A DNA stretch of 12,318 nt from the NCBI RefSeq assembly GCF_006345805.1, contig NW_021826661.1, positions 1-12,318 of the forward strand, written 5' to 3'. Position numbers and translations under genes: made by a program. Positions 1 to 8,611 of the stretch are shown here, piece by piece (the first letter of the stretch is position 1; the number at the start of each line of letters is the position of its first letter). The stretch is from Octopus sinensis (Eukaryota). The notes beneath the pieces were generated by a model, which worked only from the letters and a program-made list of their open reading frames with translations, did not search any database and had not been told where the DNA came from.

Positions 1-44
1 TTATTATTATTATTATTTATTATTATTATTATATTATTATTAAT
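1..44. repeat. (TTA)n microsatellite
   Basis: ttattattat... from the window start with few interruptions. Confidence 0.95.
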
Positions 45-67
45 CATCATCATCAGGTTGATAGCGG

Positions 68-126
<59 letters not shown>

Positions 127-562
127 AAGTTAAAGGGGATGATGGTGATGCTGATAATGTTGGTGATAGAGGTAATGATGGTGGTGGTGGTGGTTGTGGT
201 GGTGATGGTGATGATGTTGATAACGATGACGACGATGATGATGATGATGATGATGATGACGATGATGATGATAATGATACATCATCGTTATTATCATGAT
301 CGCCATAATGATGATGATCATCATCATCCTCATCATAGCCATCATCATCATTATCGCCAGCATCGCCGTCATTGTCCTCATCGCTGCCACCAGGCCACTA
401 CAGCCATGATGGGTGTAGGTAGGGTGGGGACAGTATCAGTACCAGCTCTTCTACCCTTCAACGTGATGAGGATGATAATGATGATGATGATGATGATGAT
501 GAACATTACCATCGTCATGAACGTCATCGTCGTCGTCATCATCACCGTCATTGTCATCATCA
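45..562. repeat. Compound (GAT)n/(CAT)n trinucleotide region
   Basis: Pure (GAT)n 69-125, degenerate GAT/GGT/GAC to ~280, (CAT)n-rich ~281-380, (GAT)n ~464-501, (CAT/CGT)n ~505-562. It explains the poly-Met/poly-His ORFs. Confidence 0.95.
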
Positions 563-590
563 CGCCAGTTCTTTTATTAATACCAATATT

Positions 591-625
591 CCCCTAACCC
601 CACTCCCATCACTACCCCTCCCCCC
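591..625 (-). other. G-quadruplex-forming motif
   Basis: Five C-runs on + (591-594, 598-601, 605-607, 615-618, 620-625). On the minus strand this is G6-a-G4-tagtgat-G3-agt-G4-tta-G4, fitting G3+N1-7 x4. Confidence 0.6.
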
Positions 626-871
626 ATCGACATCCACATCTCTTTAACTCCTCCTTCTCCCTTCCTAATTCTCCCACTCCACACCCCTTCCGCCTTTCTA
701 ATCAATTTCTAATTCGCTAATTGACAACGATGAGTACTTACAATGTTATCTTTTCTTATATCCAACACAAAGTAGAAGATCGTATAATGATATCCAGATG
801 GTATCCAGATGATATCCAGTCAAATATACCACGTCTTAGCATGTAATCATCTTACGGTAATATCTTTTACG

Positions 872-1070
872 TTTTATTTGTATTAGTTATTGGGCTACGG
901 CCATGCTGGGGCTCCGCCTTGGAAGGATTCAGTCGAACAAATCGAACCCCATTACGTAGTTTTAAAATCTGGTACTCATTCTATGTTCTATGATGTCGAA
1001 CTGCTAAGTTATGGGGGAATAAATAAACCCACACCGGTTTTCAAATGGTGGTGGGAACAAATACAGGATC
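872..1070 (-). mobile_element. 3' part of SINE family A (same family as 9498-9935), diverged
   Basis: The reverse complement contains cccccataacttagcagttcg...agaatgagtaccag...gatttgttcgact...aaggcggagccccagcatggccg, homologous to the 3' half of the 9498-9935 copy. Confidence 0.75.
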
Positions 1071-1134
1071 CCACACAAAATTACATACATACACACACAC
1101 ACAGACTGCTGCATACGCATATATAACATTCGGG

Positions 1135-1312
1135 TTTCAAATGCTGGGACAAGGCCAGAAAGTTTGGAGGTGGGAGTTAGTTGATCACATCGACCCCGGG
1201 ACGCAACTGGTACTTATTTTATCGAACCCTCGCTCCCTCCCCCGAATGCATGAGTCAAAGTTGACCTCGGTGGAATTTGAACTCAGAACGTAAAGACGGA
1301 CGAAATGCCGAG
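1135..1312 (-). mobile_element. SINE family B copy (Meta-domain-like core), variant tail, head truncated
   Basis: Shares atcgacccc..gcaactggtacttattttatcga..aaagttgacctcggtggaatttgaactcagaacgt with the units at 2757-3342. B-box-like gttcaaattcc on the minus strand. Confidence 0.8.
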
Positions 1313-1322
1313 AAGTCTCCTT

Positions 1323-1360
1323 ACACACACACACACACACACACAACACACACACACACA
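1323..1360. repeat. (AC)n microsatellite
   Basis: Near-perfect acac run. Confidence 0.95.
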
Positions 1361-1597
1361 TGAATAAAATGGACTTCCATACAGCTATTGTCTCCCAAAT
1401 TCACTCACAAAGCATTGGTCGAGCCAGGGTTGTAGTAGATAATAATATCCCAAGGTGCCATGCAGTGGGATCGATCCTGAAACCACGTGGTTGTAAAGTG
1501 AGATTCTTAACCATATATCTATTCGTGCTCCTACATAATGTTAAGTTATCTGATCAAGTGGATACTTCTAGTTTCAGTAATTTTTCATTCTTTTATT

Positions 1598-1716
1598 TTT
1601 TATTCTTTCATTTGCTTCAGTCATTTGACTGCGGCCATGCTGGAGCACCGCCTTTTAGTCGAGCAAATCGACCCCAGGACTTATTATTTGCAAGCCTAGT
1701 ACTTATTCTATCGGTT
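1598..1716 (-). mobile_element. 3' tail of SINE family A (5'-truncated)
   Basis: The reverse complement ccgatagaataagtactaggcttgc...gtcctggggtcgatttgctcgact..ggcggtgctccagcatggccgcagtcaaatgactgaagcaaa aligns with ~9817-9925 at roughly 80% by eye. Confidence 0.85.
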
Positions 1717-1983
1717 CATATTGATTTGGTTTTAACATTTTTGTTTGTGTTCATAAAACTCACACACACACACGCATACACACACGTGTTTCTTACTGCC
1801 AAACAATACAAGCATTTCAAATTATCTTTAGTTCCCTTCATAAAATATATTATATAATATATATGTGTGGGGGGAGGGTGGTACCCGCGCGTGTGTGTAT
1901 GCATGCCTATATAAGTTATACGTTTTACAAATGTATTCAGTACTTTCTTGAACAGTAGCTTTCGTAATAGTTTGCTTAACCGC

Positions 1984-2036
1984 ATGCGTATACACACACA
2001 CAGACACACACACACACACACGCGCGCGTATGCACA
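1984..2036. repeat. (CA)n/(CG)n alternating purine-pyrimidine tract
   Basis: acacacacagacacacacacacacacacgcgcgcgtatgcaca. Confidence 0.9.
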
Positions 2037-2756
2037 TCCATTTAGTATTAAACGAACCTTGCAAACGTTGTGTCACTGAAACCTACAAAATCTTTTCTAA
2101 ATTCCTACTACTGACCTACAACTCTTAGTCTCGTCTTGCAGACGGAAAGTCTTGAAGAGTTGTCGTACCTATACATTTCTCTAACGACTGAACACGTCAA
2201 TCACGTGCCTCTTCGCCCATTCTAAAAATAAACCACGATACAATAAGGAAATTCCTATAAATGACTAATTCTCTAAACCTCTCCACAACATTCTTCTAAA
2301 TCCATTACAATTATCAAGAATTCTATGCAATTACCCACATAGATATCTACTAAAAGATTTTATCAACACAAGAATGGAGCGGAAAATTTCTAACAACAAC
2401 AAGAATTACAATCACTCTCAGACCTAAATTTTCTTACAACTCAAACCAGTATTGTGTACAAACATTTATGAACCTTTAAACAGCACATCACCATCCAGCA
2501 AGCTCAACAGCTCTATACAAAATGCATTCTGATTTGTCATAAGGTAATCGTGAATCAACATATTGCGATTTGAATGACACACCTGCCTCGTGAACCCTTG
2601 TACAAGTTAACTCATAACACCTTACTTATAGAATATTTAGTTGTCACAATGTAAATAACAATTAACCATATAGAAACACTCTCTTTTGCTTGTGTCCTGC
2701 CTATATGAATTAGACAAGAGAGTTTGTTGAGAAAATTGTTTTGACAGAAACTTATT

Positions 2757-3342
2757 ACCTATTTCTTTACTACCCACAAGGGGCTAAAGACAGAGAGGAC
2801 AAACAAGGACAGACAGACGGATTAAGTCGTTTATATCGACCCCAGTGCGTAACTGGTACTTATTTAATCGACCCCGAAAGGATGAAAGGCAAAGTCGACC
2901 TCGGCGGAATTTGAACTCAGAACGTAACGGCAGACGAAATACCTATTTCTTTACTACCTACAAGGGGCTAAACACAGAGGGGACAAACAAGGACAGACAA
3001 ATGGATTAAGTCGATTATATCGACCACACTGTGTAACAGGTAATTATTTATCGATCCCGAAAGGATGAAAGGCAAAGTCGACCTCGGCGGAATTTGAAGT
3101 CAGAACGTAACGGCAGACGAATACCTATTTCTTTACTAAGGGCTAAACACAGAGGGGACAAACAAGGATAGACAAAGGGATTAAGTCGATTACATCGACC
3201 CCAGTGCGTAACTGGTACTTATTTAATCGACCCCGAAAGGATGAAAGGCAAAGTCGACCTCGGCGGAATTTGAACTCAGAACGTAGCGACAGACGAAAAA
3301 CTGCTGAGCATTTCGCCCGGCGTGCTAACGTTTCTGCCAGCT
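2757..3342 (-). mobile_element. Tandem trimer of SINE family B (units start at 2757, 2941, 3123 on +; tRNA-like 5' head only at 3301-3342)
   Basis: Three near-identical units beginning acctatttctttacta (periods 184 and 182 bp). The minus strand has an A-box-like tggcagaaacgttag once and a B-box-like gttcaaattcc in each unit (gacttcaaattcc in unit 2). The core gcctttcatcctttcggggtcgattaaataagtaccag resembles the Meta/Sauria-SINE central domain from memory. Confidence 0.9.
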
Positions 3343-3454
3343 TTTATCAATTCAATAATGAAAAATAAAATTACACCATTTAGAAAAATTACATATTATA
3401 GAAAGATTAATATAAGATAAACATATATTGAATTGATAAAAGGTGTTTTTTTCC

Positions 3455-3801
3455 TAATATATATACATACACACATATATATATATATAATATATTTATA
3501 ATATATATATATATATATATATAGATATTATATATATATATATATATATAAATATAAATAATAAAAATAAATATATAATATATATATACATACATACATA
3601 AATAAATAAAATATAGATATATATATATTATATTTCGTGAAAATTGATTAGTATTTATAAATTGAATTTCCCCTGTAAGTTTGGAATAATATTCCCTCAT
3701 ATATATAATATATATATATTATATATAATATATATATATATATATATAATATATATATATATATTATAAAATATATATAGATATATATATATATATAATA
3801 T

Positions 3802-3861
<60 letters not shown>

Positions 3862-3862
3862 C

Positions 3863-3897
<35 letters not shown>

Positions 3898-3898
3898 A

Positions 3899-3952
<54 letters not shown>

Positions 3953-3958
3953 GTATGT
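3455..3958. repeat. Long interrupted (TA)n tract
   Basis: About 500 bp almost entirely TA repeats, with one ~67-bp non-repetitive insert at 3633-3699. Confidence 0.95.
3633..3699 (-). repeat. Unclassified ~65-bp interspersed repeat stub inside (TA)n (copy 1)
   Basis: The reverse complement gagggaatattattccaaacttacaggggaaattcaatttat aligns with 5388-5450 at ~70% by eye. Confidence 0.6.
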
Positions 3959-3961
3959 AGT

Positions 3962-4280
3962 GAGGGCGCGTGGCTTAGTGGTTAGGGCATTCGGCTCATG
4001 ATCGTAAGGTTGTGAGTTCGATTCCCGGCGACGCGTTGTGTCCTTGAGCAAGACACTTTATTTCACGTTGCTCCAGTCCACTCAGCTGGCAAAAAATGAG
4101 TTGTACTTGTATTTCAAAGGGTCAGCCTTGTTACTCTCTGTGTCACGCTGATTATCCCCGAGAACTACGTTAAGGGTACACGTGTCTGTGGAATGCTTAG
4201 CCATTTGCACGTTAATTTCATGAGCAAGCTGTTCCGTTGATCGTATCAGCTGGGACCCTCGTCGTCGTAACCGGCGGAGT
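3962..4280 (+). mobile_element. tRNA-derived CORE-like SINE (family C), tail type 1
   Basis: A-box tggcttagtgg (3971-3981), B-box gttcgattccc (4016-4026), CORE-like tgtgtccttgagcaagacacttt (from 4037). The head is homologous to 10059-10204 and to 7616-7744 (-). Confidence 0.88.
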
Positions 4281-4634
4281 AAAAGCAAGCATATGTATGT
4301 ATATATACTTACATGAACGGATGACCGGATAAACTGCGAGCAGGCGTTGCCATGCAAAAAGAAACATTAAAAAGCAATGGTTATGAACCCTCCTCCATCT
4401 TTACAAAAGGTGTCATTGACGCCATATTTCATGATATTTTAATTATAATAATTGATTAACATTCATTTATAGAATTACAATAAATATAAAGAGAGGTGAA
4501 GTGGGAGCTGAGTGGTTTGATGTTGGTGGTGGTGGGACTTGGACGCTTCATTAAATTAATTAAAACGATTTAGAAATGAATTATTTATAAAAAAAATACT
4601 TGGATCAATATGTCCGTTAAGTGACACACTACAT

Positions 4635-4983
4635 CAGAGGTTCTCAACCTGAGTCGGTACGGCCCCTGTGGGTCCATATAAAACTTTTGTGGGGGATCAC
4701 GCAACAAAATAGTAAATTGGGCACCCACAATAATGTTTTAAGGGCTCCAGAAAAATTTTTGCTTTAGATGTATGTATTGCTAAAAACAGCAGTGTTTCCA
4801 ACATTTTACATAGGTCAACCTACACTGAAGTGTGGACAACAAAATAGAAATTTGGAAAGAAGTTTCTAGAAAACTAGTTTTTAAACCTCGAATGGCTAGG
4901 GGGGAGTCCACCAGAATGAAATAGTAACCTAAGAGGTCCATAAGTCACCCCCCCCCCAAAAAAAAAACAGTTGAGGACCCATG
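4635..4983. mobile_element. hAT (Charlie-type) non-autonomous element / MITE, 349 bp
   Basis: Left TIR cagaggttctcaacc (4635-4649) and right TIR agttgaggacccatg (4969-4983) both resemble the Charlie-type CAGGGGTTCTCAACC consensus. The 8-bp flanks cactacat (4627-4634) and ctctacat (4984-4991) match at 7/8 (TSD). Confidence 0.85.
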
Positions 4984-5387
4984 CTCTACATAGTCACTTG
5001 AATCTGATCGAAACAGCAGCAAAATAACCCTTAAATCATATTCTACTATCATTAAAAAAACACGTTAGAAATTGTAGTCTTAGATACATTATGCATGAAA
5101 ATTAAACGACCCCCACGAAAATCAGAGAGTATGTCCGTTGCTAAAATGTCTTCGAATATAAATTTACTCATTTCAGATCGATGTAGGTTTAAACAACAGG
5201 CCTGGAAGCAAGAAATTAGCGAGGGATGCTTCACGCTCTCCCTCCTTCTCTCGGATCCACATTCTCTAACTCACTGTGCCAGTGCTTTATTCAACACTTG
5301 AACACACTAACCGACATGTAGCCATAATATTACTCAAAAATATTAAATATATATAAGTATATATATATATATATATCATTAATAGTA

Positions 5388-5450
5388 AGGGAATATAAAA
5401 ATTCCAAGCCAACAGCGAACAAATTCAGTTTAGCACACTAAATTCACAAT
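5388..5450 (+). repeat. Unclassified ~65-bp repeat stub inside (TA)n (copy 2)
   Basis: agggaatataaaaattccaagccaacagcgaacaaattcagtttag is homologous to the reverse complement of 3633-3699 and is flanked by TA runs. Confidence 0.6.
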
Positions 5451-5594
5451 ATATTATATATATATATATAGAAAAACCGCTATTTAGTTATTCAATCAAT
5501 ACTGAAACGATATGCATGTATGTGTATATGCGTGTGTTTGTATGTATGTATGTGTGTGTGTGTGTCTGTGGTCCAGAACTGAACCACCCACGCA

Positions 5595-5760
5595 CTAAAG
5601 AACAAAAGAACAAAAACCAAAAAACAGAGGTAGGTGAGTGAACAGCAAACAAGGTGTATTAGTTTGACGCTGAGGAAAACTGGAAGAATATTCGACGTTT
5701 CAGGCCTACGCTCTTCTACAGAAAGAAGTGAAAAGAGGAAATAGATGGAGAGAAGAAAAA
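5595..5760 (-). mobile_element. Possible Penelope-like element terminal fragment with degenerate hammerhead-like motif
   Basis: Minus strand 5693-5721 reads ctgtaga-agagcgtaggcct-gaa-acgt-c, i.e. CUGANGA/stem II/GAA/palindromic ACGU/H with substitutions. The family assignment rests on recollection only. Confidence 0.35.
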
Positions 5761-6159
5761 GTATATAAATGCATAAAGTTTATATGATACACTTCATTTC
5801 ATTAAACTCAAATTTGCTTCTCTAACGAAAAGTGAAATAAGAATGAAAAAGTTAATACCGATTCCGTCACAATAGAAGGAATCAATAATTGCGATGATTC
5901 GAAGAATTCTAACCGAACCGACCAACTATGATTCTCCATTATTAATGAATCTTGTCCATAAGTGTGCGGAGGTGAGTAAACCGTTATCTAATCCAGCATG
6001 CTGGAGTTCGTGTACAACACGTCATTGAAGATGGGTAGAATTAAATGTCTTCTTATAAACAGCAAAACTACGGAAGAACCGCAGCTACATTTGCATCTTC
6101 AACTGTGTTAGTTAATTCCACAGAGAAGAAGATATATTAAGGGTTTATTCTTATTATCT

Positions 6160-6265
6160 TTTCGATCTGCCTCTCTGCTCGCTTGCTTCTCTGGTCTCCG
6201 CTCGTCCGTCCGTCCTCCTCTACTCCATGTCCCTCTCTCTCCATCTCCCCTCGCATTTTCTCTAT
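6160..6265. repeat. CT-rich low-complexity polypyrimidine tract
   Basis: ctctctgctcgcttgcttctctgg...tccctctctctccatctcccc. Confidence 0.75.
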
Positions 6266-6279
6266 ATATTTGTACATGT

Positions 6280-6412
6280 CGTTGCTGGGTGGTACGAAGC
6301 TTGCTTCCCATCCACACGGTTCTGGGTTCAGTCCCACTGCGTAGCGCCTTGGGTGTCATCTACTATAGTCTTGGACCGACCAAAACCTTGTGCGTCGATT
6401 TGGTAGACGGAA
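6280..6412 (+). mobile_element. SINE family A 5' head, truncated at the Tc1 fragment
   Basis: gaagcttgcttcccatccacacggttctgggttcagtccc...ttggtagacggaa aligns with ~9518-9639. Homology stops at agacggaa. Confidence 0.85.
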
Positions 6413-6773
6413 GTTCCAAAGCTTAGAACTAGTTGTTAAATCCAGATATATTTGTCATTATTCTTCTCTTTAGTTCTTTCCTCATTTGCTCGACGTTATT
6501 TCAGCCAGGTTTCAGAGCTGACCAATCTTTCAGTACAGTAATACCTTGGTCAGCCAGACTCTGTTGTGTTGCACGCGATCTGTGGCATAGAGCTCCATCA
6601 TACTGAAAAATCTCCCCTTCATCCAAGTCTGGTATCAAATTGTCCTTCAGAAACTGGATGTATTTGACACTTATCAAGTTACCGTAAATTTTAACCAACT
6701 TTCTTGAACCATCACATTTTACATATCTCAAAAGCATCAGACTCCTATCCCCAAACCTGGGTCGTTTCGCTTT
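6413..6773 (-). pseudogene. Tc1/IS630-type DDE transposase fragment (left arm), C-terminal catalytic region
   Basis: Translation ...DGSRKLVKIYGNLISVKYIQFLKDNL..GEIFQYDGALCH...LKDWSALKPG*NNVEQMRKELKRR is a decayed FQQDNAPCH...WPAQSPDLNPIE motif. It has an in-frame stop, a ~21-bp deletion near the centre and no N-terminal half. Confidence 0.9.
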
Positions 6774-6805
6774 CCTAGAGGCCTGGCAAATTCTCACTTA
6801 TGGGT

Positions 6806-7159
6806 AAGCGAAACGACCTAAGTTACACAATGAAAACAGTGAAGTTTGGGAGTAAGAGTCTGATGTTTTGGGGATACATAAAAAGTGATGGTTCAAGAAT
6901 GTTGGTTAAAATTGACGGTAACTTGAACAGTGTCAAATATATCCAGTTGCTGAAAGACAATTTGACACCAGACTTGGACGAAGGTGAGATTTTTCAGTAC
7001 GATGGTGGTCCATGCCACAAATGACGTGCAACACAACAGAGTCTGGCTGATGAAGGTGTTACCGTATTGAAAGATTGGCTGGATCAGAGCCCTGCTTTAT
7101 ATATCATCGAGCAAATGTGGACAGAACTAAAGAGAAGAGTTCGTCAGAAGAAATATATA
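6806..7159 (+). pseudogene. Tc1/IS630-type DDE transposase fragment (right arm)
   Basis: Translation KRNDLSYTMKTVKFGSKSLMFWGYIKSDGSRMLVKIDGNLNSVKYIQLLKDNL..GEIFQYDGGPCHK*RATQQSLADEGVTVLKDWLDQSPALYIIEQMWTELKRR matches Tc1 TVK-GGG-S-M-WG, FQ-D and SPDLN-IE-W motifs. TGA at 7022-7024. Confidence 0.92.
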
Positions 7160-7321
7160 TTCTTTCACTCCACAAACATATTTGCTGTGGAATGATTCTG
7201 ATTAAATATACGCAAGGTTGAAATGAACGATGGGGTCGCGTTCACAAATAATCTTTCGAGTGAACTTTCGTTATTTTTCCCTCTATACCGACGTGTAATG
7301 TTTTCGAGTATACATTGTCTA

Positions 7322-7416
7322 GGAGACTCTTCTTAAAGTAGAAGAAATAGCTAAATTCTTTGGCTGCTATTTCTAAAAGTTCATTGTGTGGTAAAGCAAT
7401 TTTTTTGCTGAACCCT
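7322..7416 (+). mobile_element. Right end of MITE family D
   Basis: ggagactcttcttaaagtagaagaaatagctaaattctttggctgctat matches ~12269-12318. 7359-7416 is the reverse complement of the left TIR at 12167-12224. No matching left TIR is seen upstream. Confidence 0.8.
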
Positions 7417-7426
7417 ATTTTATAAA

Positions 7427-7454
7427 ATAATATATATATATATATATATATATA
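7427..7454. repeat. (TA)n microsatellite
   Basis: Perfect TA run. Confidence 0.95.
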
Positions 7455-7744
7455 GGATTGCATCTAGAAAGTTACCCTCCGAGGTACAAGTCCGGGCAAG
7501 GTTGTTTATGGAAGGCCAGCAGTCGCACATGCATACCAGCTTCCCCTATCCACACCACTGATGTTATCCAAAGGAAAGGCAAAGGCCGATACAGCTTGGC
7601 GCCTTTGACATCGCAACTCATTTCTACAGCTGAGTGAACTGGAGCAACGTGAAATAAAGTGTCTTGCTCAAGAACACAACACGCAGACCGGTCCGGGAAT
7701 CGAACTCACAACCTCACGATCGTAAGCTCGACTCTCTACGACTG
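7455..7744 (-). mobile_element. tRNA-derived CORE-like SINE (family C), tail type 2
   Basis: The reverse complement gttgtgagttcgattcccgg..gttgtgttcttgagcaagacactttatttcacgttgctccagttcactcagctgtagaaatgagt matches ~4009-4101. The tail at 7455-7615 is unrelated to 4102-4280. Confidence 0.88.
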
Positions 7745-7954
7745 TATATCTACGGTATGTATAAGTATTTCTTATTCATTTACGATTGGTTTTCTCAACT
7801 GATGATTGGAAAACGTTTTAGATATCGCAAACCTTGAAATCTTAGGATATCGGGTTGTACACAATATTCTAATAAATATTTTAGTGGATGTTTCGCATCG
7901 CTCGACCCCAAGTAAAAGAGTAAAGATTAAAGAAGGGGTTTAAGTGTCCAAGAT

Positions 7955-8068
7955 ATGTATATAAACGCATGCACATACACACACATATATACACATACAC
8001 ACACACACCCATATATATGCATACACACACTCACACACCACACGTATATATATACGTATATATTTATA

Positions 8069-8127
<59 letters not shown>

Positions 8128-8230
8128 TATGTATATCTATAAATGTATATATATGTATTCATATATATATCTATAACGTATGCGCGCGTGCACACACATA
8201 CACACACACACACGCACAAACGCGCACGAA
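7955..8230. repeat. Compound (CA)/(TA)n microsatellite
   Basis: Alternating CA, TA and CG runs, with perfect (TA)n at ~8079-8123. Confidence 0.95.
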
Positions 8231-8417
8231 CAAAACAGAGTTAGAAAAACAACATGGACTTGTTATAGAGCATCAGTCGTGAGTTAACTGAAACGCAGTG
8301 GCCACGGTTGGAATGCTTTTCATATTGAAAGTCTCCTGGATGAAAGATTTTCTGGATCTGAACAGTAACAACATTGAGTGGTTCATATAATCTATAGAAA
8401 CTTAGCAACAATGTAGG

Positions 8418-8418
8418 T

Positions 8419-8452
<34 letters not shown>

Positions 8453-8520
8453 TAGTAGTAGTCGTGATGTTAGAAGCAGTAACGGTAGCAGTAGTTGTAG
8501 TTGTAGGCAGAATTGTTGCT
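8418..8520. repeat. (TAG)n microsatellite with degenerate tail
   Basis: tagtagtag... 8418-8461, then degenerate GTA/GCA/GTT triplets. Confidence 0.9.
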
Positions 8521-8611
8521 GTTGCAAGGGAGTTGGAGGCGTTGTCGGTTTTGCTCCCCTTTTTTGCATTGTTCCATTGTGTATGCCGAGAAATAGATTC
8601 CCCCCTCCCCC

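Noticed and set aside
58-597. 179-aa poly-Met/His ORF and overlapping minus-strand ORFs
   Set aside because: These are direct translations of (GAT)n/(CAT)n repeats, which lack stops in some frames. There is no domain content.
788-819. Short tandem (g)atatccagatg x3
   Set aside because: A local ~11-bp slippage duplication with no further structure.
2141-2232. Possible terminal exon (tcttgcag| ... taa, aataaa)
   Set aside because: The acceptor is good, but the 27-codon peptide is unrecognisable and nothing else supports it.
2757-3342. CRISPR-like array
   Set aside because: Whole ~183-bp units repeat with no unique spacers, the context is eukaryotic, and a dispersed homologue lies at 1135-1312.
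3962-4035. tRNA gene (also 10059-10130 and 7680-7744)
   Set aside because: A and B boxes are present but I could not fold a complete cloverleaf, and each head continues into a shared SINE core.
5095-5301. 68-aa ORF with internal acceptor tttcag| at 5176
   Set aside because: No convincing donor and no recognisable protein motif; the length is compatible with chance.
6501-7024. Functional transposase ORFs
   Set aside because: Both lack the DNA-binding domain and the first catalytic Asp, carry in-frame stops, and have no TIRs.
7793-7822. Hammerhead-like ctgatga-ttg-gaa-aacgtt
   Set aside because: The core and palindromic stem III are present, but only 3 nt remain for stem II and stem I pairs poorly. 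It cannot fold as written and is at most a relic.
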